A DNA stretch of 61,576 nucleotides, the filler included, from Platydemus manokwari (taxonomy: Eukaryota): the NCBI GenBank assembly GCA_037951405.1. It is 5 parts of 5 records of this genome, joined end to end, with 100 filler letters (N's around TTAATTAATTAA, not from the genome) between each part and the next. Parts side by side here need not be neighbours in the genome. Positions count along the whole stretch, not along the records: positions 14,914 to 28,190 come from JBBMOY011772506.1; positions 28,291 to 41,636 come from JBBMOY011753618.1; 3 more parts are not named here. The stretch is one strand, 5' to 3'. Each line of letters starts with the position of its first letter. Positions within the stretch are counted from its first letter, which is position 1. Below the pieces are notes generated by a model, which had not been told where the DNA came from, searched no databases, and worked only from the letters and a program-made list of their open reading frames with translations. Below, piece by piece: positions 25,560 through 38,129 of this stretch. The position numbers and the translations under genes were made by a program.

Positions 25560-28010
25560 TAGAAATTTTAGAAATTTAATACATCAGGAATGTAAAAAAT
25601 TGAACTTTTAATGACTGTTTAATAATATGAAAGAACAATAATTTACTTTGATCTTTATGGTAATTTCCAAGCAAAAAGAATTTTAGCAGTTTTATTGAAT
25701 CAGAAAAATCAGTCATTTTGTTTTCATAAATATTCTTCTATTTATTAATATTAGTCTTTAACAATAGCTTGAGGAAAATATTTGGAACATACAATATATA
25801 TTATTGTAACATCCGTGATCATCAATTATTTGGTTTGATTTATTCCAATGATATAAAAAGTTATTACAACTAGTTTTAATGCATAACCAAATATGTCGAT
25901 AAATTCTTTATGTAATTTTTAAAAAATTTAGTCTGGGCCACTTCATTAAATATGTATTGAACGCAAATTAAGAAATTCAACATGAAAAGCATATTTAACT
26001 ACAATGTTCCAACCGATTATCGTCTTTTAATATATTTATATTCATTATAATCAGATATAAAAAGTTTGAAATCCTCACAGATATTATATTTACAGTTTAT
26101 AAAGAACCTATTTGAAAATTTTTCGGTGGATATACATTTTTAAATATTATTTTGTTGTTTATTTATAGAAATGGTTGTAAGTTTAATTTTCAATTATTAT
26201 TTTATTAATTATTTTATTATTAATCAATTGATTATTGTTAAAATAATTAAAATAATCAATAAGTATTGAATGCTGATTGACAATTATGGCCGTTATTTTT
26301 TTAAAAAAATAGAAAATTTTAGAAAATAATGAAATGTTACATATATTACCATATATATATATATGTGTGTGTGTGTGCGCGTGCGCGTGTGAGTGTGTGT
26401 ATTTCATAAAAATTATAAATATATAAAAATTGTTAAATATCCGTAGAATGAAAGTATCATTCAAAATCATGTAATAGATTTTTCCGATAAATGATTTATG
26501 TCCTGTTTGGATAATTTTTTCCTTCAATTATTTATTTTTGAAAATGAAACCCTATTCTATATTAAATTTCTCATTTGAGTGAAATTCTTTTAAATGAAAA
26601 TACACTAATATCAGTGAAACTAGATTTATTATTGACGATGAAAAGTGCGTTATAAAGATCAAGTTTAATCATTATAATATACAGATTTTTTAAAACCCAA
26701 TGTATTAAGTTCTTTTGTTTATTATAACTGACCTTATTTTTGGGTTCAGAGAAATCAAGAGGTAATCATTGTTATATTTATGATGTGAGAAATGTGTGAA
26801 CAGATAATCGAAATGTAATGACAATTAGGCTACAGATGTTATCACTTAAAATTACATGATTCTTGATTATATATATATGTGTGTATCAGATGGAATTTAT
26901 AAATAATTATATAAAATCATTGAAAATATATACCATGAAATATCATTTAAAATAAGATGATGGATAATTTTCAGATAGATGATTTACTTTAATATTTTTA
27001 CGTAATTTTAAATAATTACTAACATATTGATAATCACTACAATAATGAAGTGATAAGAAATCAGTAATAATAATCATCATTCTAATAAATAAATAATAAT
27101 TGTAACTATAATATCAAAATTGATGAGCCGAAATTGAAATATTTCAATAACTTAAATTTGAATGACATTTCTATAATTATTTTACGTTATTGCAAACCAA
27201 TTCTGCTTGAGCAGAGCACAGTGCAATTATCCCCTTCCTAATCAATTACTTTTCCTTTGAAAAAAATTTAGAATAAACTATAATAATTCAGAATAAATTA
27301 TTAATAATTTATCAGGTTAGAATTAATTATGTAAATCTTGGAATTACTTACTGAGAATAGCTATGTTTTGTTATTGGCATAATGAAGTGTCGCAATATCT
27401 TGTGTTATATTCACGATTATGTTCTTGGTTTTAACTATCTCTTCTATTAATAATATTTTATATTTCTGTCGAACAACAACCAAAATAAATTGCATTTCAG
27501 TGTTATCTTTAATCATTGATTCAGTACTGTGCGCATGATTGTGAATCCAAATCTAATTATAATTCTAATATATTGAGATAATTATATATTTTCAATGAAA
27601 TTATTTGTTTATATCATCTGCTTATAATTGGATTTATTGAGAAAATATTAATATTATTCCTTTCATTATTTGAAAGCAGCTTAAATAGTCAATATTTTAT
27701 AAGGCACAAGTCTCTCAATCTTTATTATATATATGGTTGTGTGTGTGTGCGCGTGTGTGTGTCAAAATGATTTAATTATTATTTATAATCAAATCAAGGA
27801 CATAAATATCCTTGATTTATTAACAAGGAAGTTCGAAAGTGATTTCTGATCATTTTGATGGCAATATTTTGAAGTTTAAAAATTATAAATGATTATTAAA
27901 ATTAACTTTTATCTATAAAATCTAGCTCTATCCAATGATTTACAAGATATTCGGAGAAAAATCAGTGAAATTTCATGATTGGTTTCAAAGTATCGAGTCA
28001 ATGTAGTTGA
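25560..28010 (+). pseudogene. Decayed RAD51-paralog (RecA-fold) like gene
   Basis: One frame from 25581 reads TSGM*KIELLMTV**YERTIIYFDLYGNFQAKRILAVL (broken Walker A plus hhhDxxGxF..R). Downstream pieces IYYCNIRDHQL (~25795), NILDLLTRKFESDF (~27800) and ISEIS*LVSKYRVNV (~27960) are in family order. Confidence 0.45.
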
Positions 28011-28190
28011 AATTTTGTTAATCTCAAATAAAAATTTGTGTGTTGGCTTAATTATAGAGGATAATAATAAGAAAAATTAATTAATAATAAGAAAAATAAT
28101 ACAAAAATTAATAAAAATAAATGTAATGCCTATAGAAAGATAAATAATATTTCAAATTATTTATTAAAATTTAATAATGATATATATATA

Positions 28191-28290
28191 NNNNNNNNNN
28201 NNNNNNNNNNNNNNNNNNNNNNNNNNNNNNNNNNTTAATTAATTAANNNNNNNNNNNNNNNNNNNNNNNNNNNNNNNNNNNNNNNNNNNN
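28191..28290. other. Artificial contig linker
   Basis: 44 N + TTAATTAATTAA + 44 N. Confidence 0.97.
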
Positions 28291-28363
28291 ATAAGATCTT
28301 CAATTTAATATTTAAAAATGAAAAGCCAATTTAAAAAAGGCCATTATTTTTGCACCAACCTAA
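28291..28363 (-). mobile_element. Mariner terminal fragment, same family as 14689
   Basis: Near-exact reverse complement of 14689-14761, ending GCACCAACCTAA then TA. Confidence 0.8.
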
Positions 28364-29511
28364 TATTTCAATATATATTTATAAATAACCTTTGTATTAT
28401 CAATCACATAGTTAATACATAGCACCTTTGGAGTCAGGTGTTACTAAAGATTATAATCGTAGTGGAACATGCAAAAGTTGGGATAAAATTTACTATTAAA
28501 ATTAATTGAGTTTAAATTAACCGTTCACTCAAAACTTACTAGAAACTTAGAAACCCCAACAATATATGTGCGACTTCATGGTGGTCCATCGTTTCACATG
28601 AACAGACATCCATTTCCTTTTTAGGATTAAAATGGTAAGGCACATCATGATCAGGCACGCATCAAATTCATTTAAATAAAATGTATAGTCAGCACTCACG
28701 GATCGCAGCATATGAGAAGCCTTGAGAATTTTTGACAACTAAGTTGCGGCATAATAAAAAGACGGGCTGTTCAGTGCACTCAGCTAGTCAGGTAACTGAT
28801 GGAGATTATTTGAGTGAAGAGCTGCAATCCAATAATTGCATGAGTGTAGCGGTTCCTTGGTTTTGAGCTGACGAATATCTTATCATTACTATTGAGAAAG
28901 GGGAAAACGACAACAATATTTTGTATCAGTCGTCGATAAGAGAGGATACAATTCCCAGAACCCCTGGTTTTCTCACAGTTGGACAAAAATCAATTTCGTT
29001 TTTCCTATGTATTCGTATTCTAACATTTTCTAATTTTATTAATTTTCCAATTTGTAACTTTAATTGGATGTTTTGGATCTTTTGAATACCCGGTATGCAA
29101 ACCGTAGTAAGCATACAAAAATAGATAGATCCTCTTATTTTCACAATGAATTATACTCATAATAAATAATGTTTTCTAAACATAATGGTTTTTTTGCCAT
29201 TCCAGATGCAACCAATGGCCCCCGACTCAGGATTTACAAAGTCAATCAAGTAAATTTACATATATTTTTGAAGAATTTGAATTTGAATTTTAATTTCATT
29301 ACGATATACTGTCAGAATAATCATAAGTTTCTATTTAAAAATTAGTATTATCATTTTCTGATTAAGTTATTTTCATTTTACAAATTATCCAAAATAGTCT
29401 TATTAACGATAGATTAAATAAAATTTTCATTTGTAATACAAGAAAATTAAAACTATCACATATAATTGAAAAACAAATTGGGACCAAATTTGATTAAATT
29501 TCTGATTAAAA

Positions 29512-29850
29512 TGTTGGGAGTACCCACCCAACTAACTATTAACTAACACAAACCATATTATTAATTATAACACAATCTATACCCATTTTAACCATTAACT
29601 ATTACAATCCATACCCATGTACAGCACAGCTTACAAATAAAATACAACCCATGTACATAGTAATCGCATTCATACAATATATACACTCTTGACTATGGAT
29701 AAAGCCAAGCCTAAAAGTACCCCCAAAGAGAATCAGGTCTGACGCACAACAATTTTCAATATAAAAGCAAAAGACAATTTGAATGTGTTTTCAATGATCC
29801 TGAAACTTTTATATTAACTTTGTTAAAGGCAAGTGAAACTTTTACATTTG
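29512..29850 (+). mobile_element. LTR-like fragment related to 40267-40638
   Basis: Begins TGTTGGGAGTACCCACCCAA versus TGTTGGGATCCCCACCCAA on the minus strand at 40638; both contain TTGACTATGGA. Right end not defined. Confidence 0.45.
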
Positions 29851-31389
29851 CTCAATTTATATTATGTTGAAATAATTATTCTTGTACACCTTCTTGGTTA
29901 CTATTTTTATATGAAAAAAGCCGGGCGGCAGAATAAGATTTTGGCAGATATAGAAATAAATAAAGTAAAATAATATAAAAAAATAGAATATGAAATCAAA
30001 AATATAAAGGACCTATTTTATTAACAAAAATAAGAAGAGTCAAAATAAAAAGCAGAGGTTGTAAGCATGGCGAAAAAAGTTGCGGGTGTTATGTAGGTAA
30101 CCAAATTTAAAAATTTATTATGGTATAAAATCTGAGTGGTGTACATTGGATACACCACAAAAAATAAAACACTGTACTAGTATGGATAATTACCATAACA
30201 GATCAGCCACAGAGAATTATCATTGCCGAATTTGGAAACTAAACGAAGGTTCGAATTTACGGAGTTATATTCTGGGAATTTCACATCAATTTTTCAAATC
30301 TTAACACTTGTCATAATTGCGCGGAGTAAGCTTTATTTGGTATTATATTGTTTTGTCCGTCATCATATAATTACACCATTAATATTTAATAATAATTTAT
30401 CTAATTTCTCTAGTATGGCATTTTCATAATTGCACATTTATAATTTTATGATTAATAGTAACTATCTAAAATCTGCCAAAATCTATCTTCCATATATTGA
30501 CCACTGCCCGTCCGCTTTCGGATTTCGTCGGCTACTTGCTTTGACAACGTGCTGACTATTGATATAAATTCTTTTTGTTATTAATTCAACTTGTGTTATT
30601 TGTTTTTCTAAATAAATTATTTTATAGCATCTGTCTTGTAGTGGATTTTTCGAACACATAGCATACCGATTATCGATAACTAATGTCATTACTTTATTTT
30701 GAACAAGTTAACATAAGAGTTTAAGTAATCATTAAATTTTTATTAACTTTAGAGTACAGCAATCCACCTATTTTAATCGAATTAAGCTTTCTCATTTTAA
30801 TTAAACTAAATCAGTTAGATTATTACCTTCTTTAACCGAGCCTTTAGAATCTTTTAGCAACTTTTCCGATGGCGTGGTCTTCAGACCCGTTATCGACTTC
30901 CCTTCAGAACCAGTATAAGGTTAAAGCGCAGTCAACATATATAATTATAATCCACCACTTTAACCAGACTATTACTTTAATAAAAATAAAAATTATTAAT
31001 ATATAAATATAAATTTATCCTTATTTAAAAGTGAGTTTGAAATTATTTCTTGTCCTTAAGTTTTTGATGAAAATGATGTTTGTTGAATAATATCAAACTC
31101 TAATTACTTTTTTTTGATATTCCAATTTTATTTATGTTTTATAGTCAAACTTTCTAATTATCGAGAAATTACTTAAATAACATTTAAATACACTCGATTA
31201 TAAAAATGGTTTCACAGTTTTGATTTTATGATTAGGCAATCAGAGGCGGTTTTGATTTTACGTTTCTTTTTGTAGAAAAAATTATAAATTTGTTATATTT
31301 TGAAATTGAAATTTTTTTATTATCAAGTTTTTATTCAGGTTCAATCGCTTTATTATTGAAATCGAAGGTTGCAAGCTTTATTTGCCTGT

Positions 31390-31556
31390 ATCTTTTTTAA
31401 ACATTTAAAATATTATAATTAAAATGTATTACGATATTTTGATTTTTTAAGTAATTGGTAAAAAAAAATATAAGCGATCCTCTGATTATTAGCAGTGCAC
31501 TACTTTTTTCGTCGGAAAATAACATAAGCGGCCTCTTATAATAAGGAACAACACGG
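31390..31556. mobile_element. Partial Tc1/pogo-type MITE related to 34092-34486
   Basis: Ends TTATAATAAGGAACAACACGG-TA and shares ATAAGCG motifs with the 34092 element. Confidence 0.55.
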
Positions 31557-32274
31557 TAATATCCAAAATATATTTCATACTACCATTTATAAGTAAGTTC
31601 TTCAAAACAAATATATTAACAAATAAACTGATGTAAACGTGAAAGAAAACACAATCGAAAAAATCATTCAAAGATTTTATGTCTTACTAACTCCTTAGCA
31701 GATAGTAACTAATTGGCCATGTTTTAGAACAGTTATCTAGTGTTGTATTTTCTAGTTGTGTTTTTAAAATGCTATTTCATTTGTGATTCTCATTGACTGG
31801 TATTATGTGTGCCACTATCGAAAATAGTTCTCGTTTGATTTTTGTGGTTAATTTGCTTATGTTTTTTATATTCTCGACACCGTGGTCTAAAAACCATTGA
31901 AAATAACTCAAAATTATTATTAATTTTTCAAGGCACAAAATTTCCAGATATTTACTTCGAGTCTATATAATCTTTATTTTATTGAAAATGGATTTCGTAA
32001 CAATGATTAACTGAAATAAAACTAAAAGAAAGGTTAGTTTGTTATGATATTACGAGAAGTTTAAATTAAGTAACAAAAGATAGTAAGATTTTTTTATTAG
32101 GATTTTTTTTATAAATTGCTACTAAAAGTTAAGAAAAAATGGTGTGGGTTAGTTTGGGGGCGCTAAGTAATAACTATTCTGAAAAGGGTGCGGTTCGCCA
32201 GAAAAGTTTGGGAATCAGTGGTCTAAATAATAATACATTCTCATATTGATTAATTACTTTGATAAATATTTATA

Positions 32275-32420
32275 AATCCGGATTAACCATCAATTTTAAA
32301 CCTAAAATAAACAAAAACCAATTTTAAATGCAAAATCCGGATTAAACAATTTTATTAACAAGGAATTATGGGTAAAATTCAGGGGACTTAAAAAAAATCC
32401 GGATTAACGGAATCCGGTGA
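32275..32420. repeat. Clustered AAATCCGGATTAA motifs, probable transposon subterminal repeats
   Basis: Three full copies plus one partial AATCCGG in ~145 bp. Confidence 0.6.
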
Positions 32421-33229
32421 CTTTAACGACAAAATGAGCTGATAATTAATAAGCGAGTGATTGGACGAAATCCAAACCACTTTTCATTTAATTGTTCATC
32501 AAAATTATCGTAATAAAATGCATTAAAATTTTTGAAATAGTGATAAAATTAACTTTACTTTGTTTATGATTTCTGGTAGAAAATAAACTCAAATTTCGGT
32601 CGATAGTAATTGGTTTTACATAGTGGTACTCTTCTAATAATAAAAGTGCAAAACTGTGAACGTTTTCTATAAATAATTATGAGGTCTTATTGTGTTGAAT
32701 AATTGTAAGTTTTTTCGGATTTTCTATAATTTCTTTTATACTAATTATCATTTTCCTTTTATAACTAATTACCATTTTTTGTTGTTTTTATATTTTATCC
32801 ATACTGTTTTTGGATTTTCAGTTTCTTTGTATCCTAATTTTAATATCTTTTAATTATTTATTGGTGTGACCACACCTTAGTCCTTTTTTGTATTCCTTTA
32901 CATTCCTTTGTATTCCGTTGTATTTCATTAGATTTGAAATGTAAGTCTAAAGATCTGAAACAAAAGGTAGTTAGTAACGGAAAATGGGCATTTTGACGCG
33001 TTGACCGAGCAGCTGCACCCGGACATTTTGCTTCAATAATTCTAATATTTAAGTTTTCTTTCACCTCGTGTAATTTTTCGAATATCTATTCGATTTTAAT
33101 TTTGGATTTAAACTCATGGAAAGCTGTAAAAAATCTCGGAAGACCAGAATTTTATGGTTATAATATCACATAAATTTATTTTTACTTATCTTTGTTATAA
33201 ATATACCATGAGAAATAGATAGTTCCCTA

Positions 33230-33900
33230 GCAAGTATTTTTACCTTAAAAAGTGGTGAGATACTGGAACCATCTTACATAATATTATTAACTTTGTTGTG
33301 ATGGTTTTGTTCAGTCATTAGGAAGTTTTCTTCGACTCGAAATTTTTCTTCAGGCTGTGTATCTTATTTCTCTACTGAATCTTCTGATTCATTTTTCTGG
33401 GATTGTTTCGAAAACTTGATAGATTTGTTTATTGGATTCGTAGAGTGAATTTGCATTCCCGTCTTCGATTTCATTAAAACCTATTTCCTCTTTATGAATT
33501 TTGGGATGATCTTGTCATCCATATTCCATAGTTTTGTATATCTCGAGAATGTCGTATGCTCTTTGGCATATAGAAGATCTCTTGCAGGATGATTGATTTT
33601 GAGTCAATTTTTCTTTTAATTTATTTAGCCGCTGAAGGCTTTGAACTGCCGTCTTACTTCTGACGAAAAACTAAGGAAGATTTGATTTTAAGTAATGCAA
33701 ATTTTTGTTGCTTTGTAAATTAATGTCACTGAATTTCAAACTCGAGCAGCGAAATGCTATTAAATTTACAGAGCGCATTGTATATTGCAGGATTGTAGAG
33801 GTATAAACCAATTGCCAACATCAATCGTAAATGGATAGTCCTTTAGTGGCAAGATTTCCAACGATGATATCTCGAGAATCTGGGGGTTCACTTTAGAGTG
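33230..33900 (-). mobile_element. Tyrosine-recombinase relic (DIRS/Ngaro-like)
   Basis: Frameshifted pieces in YR order: LRLMLAIG, SLKFSDINL, FVRSKT, IHSLKK, then RW. Confidence 0.45.
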
Positions 33901-34091
33901 AGATTTTCATTTTATTAACATATCTATAACATTATCTATGACTTGAAAAAAAATTCCAATTCTCGAACAATATCTGCTGATTAAATTTTAGTAAACTATT
34001 GGCAATTTTTATCAGATGTTATTAACTGTTGGTTGCATTACCATATTCTTACTTTCGTTTCCTCAAAAATAGTTATCATTAATATCTACTA

Positions 34092-34486
34092 CCGTGTTTT
34101 TCATATTGTAAGCGGTCGCTTATATTTTTTTACCGATTACTTAAAAATCATAAAAAATCATAAATTATTTTTATTATAATATTTAAATGTTTAAAAAAGA
34201 TTTTGAACACTAAATTAATTCCTGTGAATCAAGTTTATCTTTGATAAGTGGTCCTAATTTCTCATTTTTTTGCCATGAAGTTTTCTTCTAATGAAGCTGA
34301 TTTGTCCAGATAGGTAGAATTCAAAGCTTTTTTGGCATAGTTATCATTAATTTTAACCAGCCATTACTAACCCATATTTATAGTTTTTATTTATATAGTA
34401 TTTATATTTACTACCGCTTTTATTCGGAGGATCGCTTATTTTTTTTTCTTATATTTTGGATACCGCTTATAATAGGAAAAACACGG
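34092..34486. mobile_element. Tc1/pogo(Tc2)-type MITE
   Basis: TIRs CCGTGTTTTTC / GAAAAACACGG flanked by TA on both sides. Confidence 0.8.
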
Positions 34487-34705
34487 TAGTAATCATAATT
34501 TTTGGAAATTTTATATTTGAATATTTATTTAGAAGTTTTGAGTTTTTACTAGATTCTTTTGAATTATGTAAATTTATATTTTTAGTACGTAATGATGTTT
34601 TATTAATTTTGAGCTTTTTATAAATATTTGAATATTAGAATAATCAATATCATTGTTCGTAGTTTCTAAAGAACCTTCATTATTATTATTATTGGTACTA
34701 CCGGG

Positions 34706-35517
34706 TGTAGAACACAACAGTTATCGTTAATAAACTGACTTCAAAAACAAAATAAAGTTGCACAAAGTTATATTTAAATAACAATATACAACCTTAATTT
34801 ACACCAACAAGAGCCTAGCCCCTCTTAAAGTTTCGTCAAATAAAATAAAACACGGATCAGGTCCCCTTCACTATCTGAAATACTGACCGTGGAGCTACTC
34901 CTGGCCGTTACTACAGTTACCTGCGTGCGTAAACGGATTATTGGCGATCAAAGATATTCGGGAAACACTGTCCACGAATATCACACGATTAAATTAATCT
35001 ACCTCTACTTGTTACCAATATTCTAACTGTTAATTCCGGTTCTCTTGCTAATCAGTAAAATTCTCTTTGGAATATTCTGGCCTCCTTGTTAATCAAAAAA
35101 ATTTTCTTTTGCAAATTCTGTTAATCGACTGTTGATTACCACCACTTTTACAGTTGCATAACAACACTTGCAGCAAAATTTCCTACCACCGAGTTGACAT
35201 GCACAGTAAACTCCTATACTTAGATCAATATCACCAGAAATTGATCAATAATTACCTTCAAAGAAATTTGGTTACTAAATATTTATTTAATTCAATAAAA
35301 CAATACATATTTTTCTAATAATAATTTTAAATTCTTTATTTATTCGTATTTTTGTTTAATAATTTTTTTCTCATTAATAATTTTATTTTAAAATTATTTT
35401 TCAACTTATTATTTATTTTAAGCAAAATCAATTAATTTTTTTATCTTATTTTTAAACTAACTTTAACTATTCACTTTTAAACTATCTTTTTTATATTTTT
35501 ACATTATGTGCTCTTCA
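34706..35517 (-). repeat. 3' LTR of the Gypsy element
   Basis: Minus-strand TGAAGAGCACA...TGTGTTCTACA (terminal inverted repeat 9/11), directly preceded by a polypurine tract at 35518-35528. Confidence 0.75.
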
Positions 35518-35603
35518 TTTGCCTCCTCAAAATTTTTGAGATTTCCTAATCTCAAAACAATAAAAAAAACTACAAAATACATTTATTAAATCACAAATCA
35601 AAA

Positions 35604-36895
35604 TTATAGTTCGATGTCATCACTCCTGATGTCTGGGGGTTGATTGAGGTCGAACTACGTCTTCGCCTCTTTCCATTTCCTCTTCTTTGCTGGGGTTGAT
35701 CGACTTGCTTGTGAGCTTCCTGGAACCAATAATGCTCCTCTTCTCTCTAGTTCTTCTATAACTTCCTCAAGGGATTGGACCTTTTCTTTTATCTCTGCTG
35801 TTCTATTGGCTTGTGGTTGTTCTTGCGGGCTATTGGCATCTCCTCCTCCCCCACCTTTTGTCTTTCACCTTTTCTCGAGTGTGCCATTCTTACTTAACTT
35901 TGAACTTCAAATTGTCGTAGTCAGTGCATTTCGTATATTTTCATGCGATCTCGTCTTCATCCAGAATGTCTATAGAGTCTGGTGTATCCCATAACTTGCT
36001 AGCCTTTGACGAGTAAATATTTCATTACTCCTTTTCACGCCATCTTCCACGAATATTGGCGCATTGACAGCTCTTGAACGTCAATTGAATCGCTGTGTGA
36101 TTCTCAAAGCTATCAGTTCTTCCAGTACTCTATGACCGATAACTATTGTTCCTCGTAATATTCTATTCACTTCTTTGGTCGACAGTTCATCTTTCTTGCT
36201 ATGAACTGTTTCTTCTATGAGCTTATGTTGGGGTGTTTTGTATTACAAAACCATTGCTGAGAGTAATAACATTGGAGTATATCAATTCTCCTTGATAATC
36301 CAATATATTTACTGTTATCGGAACAAACTCACTGGCAACTTCCGGCTATGCTAATGATACATGGACAAATCGCACTCTTCTCCTTCCTTCCTCGTCATCT
36401 TCATCCTTAGAAAGGATTTGTAGTTTTCTAATTGGAGGCAGTTATTACTCATCTCTTCAAATTTTTCCTTTGACTGACGAGGCATCTTTCCCCTATCAGG
36501 TTGGTTTTTGTCGAATATGGTCAACGACCACATTCCTTTTTTTTCATGCAAGTTCCTAATAGCAATCTTTTTGAGATCCGCACTGGATCCCTCGATCTTA
36601 ACAGTCACATAAGGTATTGTTTTCCACCCATCTCGTGGATGGCAACCTCAATTGCTGTGAGGACGTTGTCGATCTCGATCTCTTCGTGGCCCTCAATTAG
36701 TCCTCCATTGGCCAATTCAGTTTCTTGATGTTCGTTTCGTAGAAACATCCTACGATTCTCCACTACCTTCTCCTTTAGGTAGTTGAGTATGTATTGAACT
36801 CTAGTGATATTAATTTGTCTCCAATGGTTTACATTCATAAATGCTTCGACTCGATTGTACAAGATTCGAGTCTTCACTGATTTTCTGACAGTCAT
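35604..36895 (-). pseudogene. Gypsy accessory ORF B: unknown N-terminal region plus DEDDh (ISG20/REX4-like) exonuclease-fold relic
   Basis: 36380-35930 reads VRFVHVSLA*..PITVNILDYQGELIYSNVIT..FVIQNT / HKLIEE..KEVNRILRGTIVIGHRVLEELIALRI..DILDEDEIA, matching REX4/ISG20 spacing (VSIVD.xG.V.YD.; EV..LLKG.ILVGH...DL..L; EDA.A). Frameshifted. Confidence 0.6.
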
Positions 36896-37023
36896 TTAGC
36901 TTTTGTGTGTTTCTGTAAATTCTCTTGATTTCTTGTTTCTTGGGTATTTTGGGTAGCGCTTTTAGAATTAATTGTAGTTTGTTCATTTTAAAATATAAAT
37001 AATCACTAATATCTGTTTATACT

Positions 37024-38057
37024 TTATTTATAAAGAAACCTATACAATTTTAATTTATACACTAAATACACTATGTGCTGTGTTTTTAACACTGCGTATC
37101 TCGGGTTCTCTCTCTCTTGTCTTGGCATATGCGGTGCCGTTGGTAGCTGACTACAATTTTTGTTGCTATCATTAACATTTCTATCAGGATTACAGTAGTT
37201 ATCATTGCAAATTCTATTATTATTATTAACTGTTCTACGGATCCTGCAAATCCCTTTTTCCTGCTTTGATTCGTTTTCTATTTTTGGTCCGGTACCCATT
37301 CTCTTCAAACGAGTTGGAATGCCAAAAAACTGACTCCGTAGTGACTTTATTTCTCATTTTTCTTCTGTTCCTTTAGACAATCATGGCTTTCATCAATCTC
37401 CTGAATGACCGCCAATCTCTGGTTGTCGTAGGTTTCATTGTCGTAATCGCAGATAATAACGGCGGTATTTTGTCAATGGGTTTGAAATTGAATCCTAGAA
37501 CTGTTATCTCTACTTCTTCATTTTGTTCAACCAAAAATCTGGGTAATTCATTATTCCACCGATTATACCATATATAGGTTTTTATAGGCCTTATAACTTT
37601 CAGTGTCATATCGTATCTCGTATTTTTTTCGTCCAATATCACTACAATATTCACCATTTGAATCTGTATGCATAATTTCGCTCTGGATTCCAAATCCAAA
37701 TTACATTGTATTTAGACACATGTATTTTTACCGTTTCTCATTTCGACTCTGTGATTCTGTTTCGTTTTCCGTGTACGGTCACTTTCGCTGAAAACTACTA
37801 CTTCGAACCAGTAGAATCGTGACTATCTCATATTATTAAAAGAAATCTTTTTCCTGTATTTCCTAAGTAAACTTCGGCTCTGTTTCCTGCTCTTAATAGT
37901 AATGCCATTGACACAAGCGGATCACTGTCGCAATCACAATGCACAGTGATTTTGTGCGTCTGTTTTTCAAAATTAAACTCAGGCATTTTCAGAATTTACT
38001 CTAAATCTTCTTTTGCTTCTGCAGTCAGCATCAATGTGCAATGGGATCCAAAATCAT
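37024..38057 (-). pseudogene. Gypsy accessory ORF A: putative type I membrane (env-position) protein
   Basis: Frameshifted: signal-like ..LMLTAEA, beta-rich region with ISFNNMR*SRFYWFEVVV, Thr/Pro stalk, hydrophobic LIIIIEFAMITTVILIEMLMIA (~37165-37230), then LPTAP..NPRYAVL in the adjacent frame. Confidence 0.5.
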
Positions 38058-38129
38058 TTTTGTTACTTCACTTCTTTTCTCGTAGTTACTGTTGCCACTG
38101 TTTTTGTCCTAGAGCATAGCGCATGTTGG

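Noticed and set aside
26183-26527. 114-aa ORF with His-rich repeat
   Set aside because: Produced by (CA)n/(TA)n microsatellite and AT-rich sequence.
28600-28960. Structural RNA gene in a GC-richer patch
   Set aside because: No match to rRNA, tRNA or snRNA motifs I can recognise; would need an Infernal/Rfam scan.
35644-35994. 116-aa plus-strand ORF
   Set aside because: Antisense shadow of Gypsy accessory ORF B.
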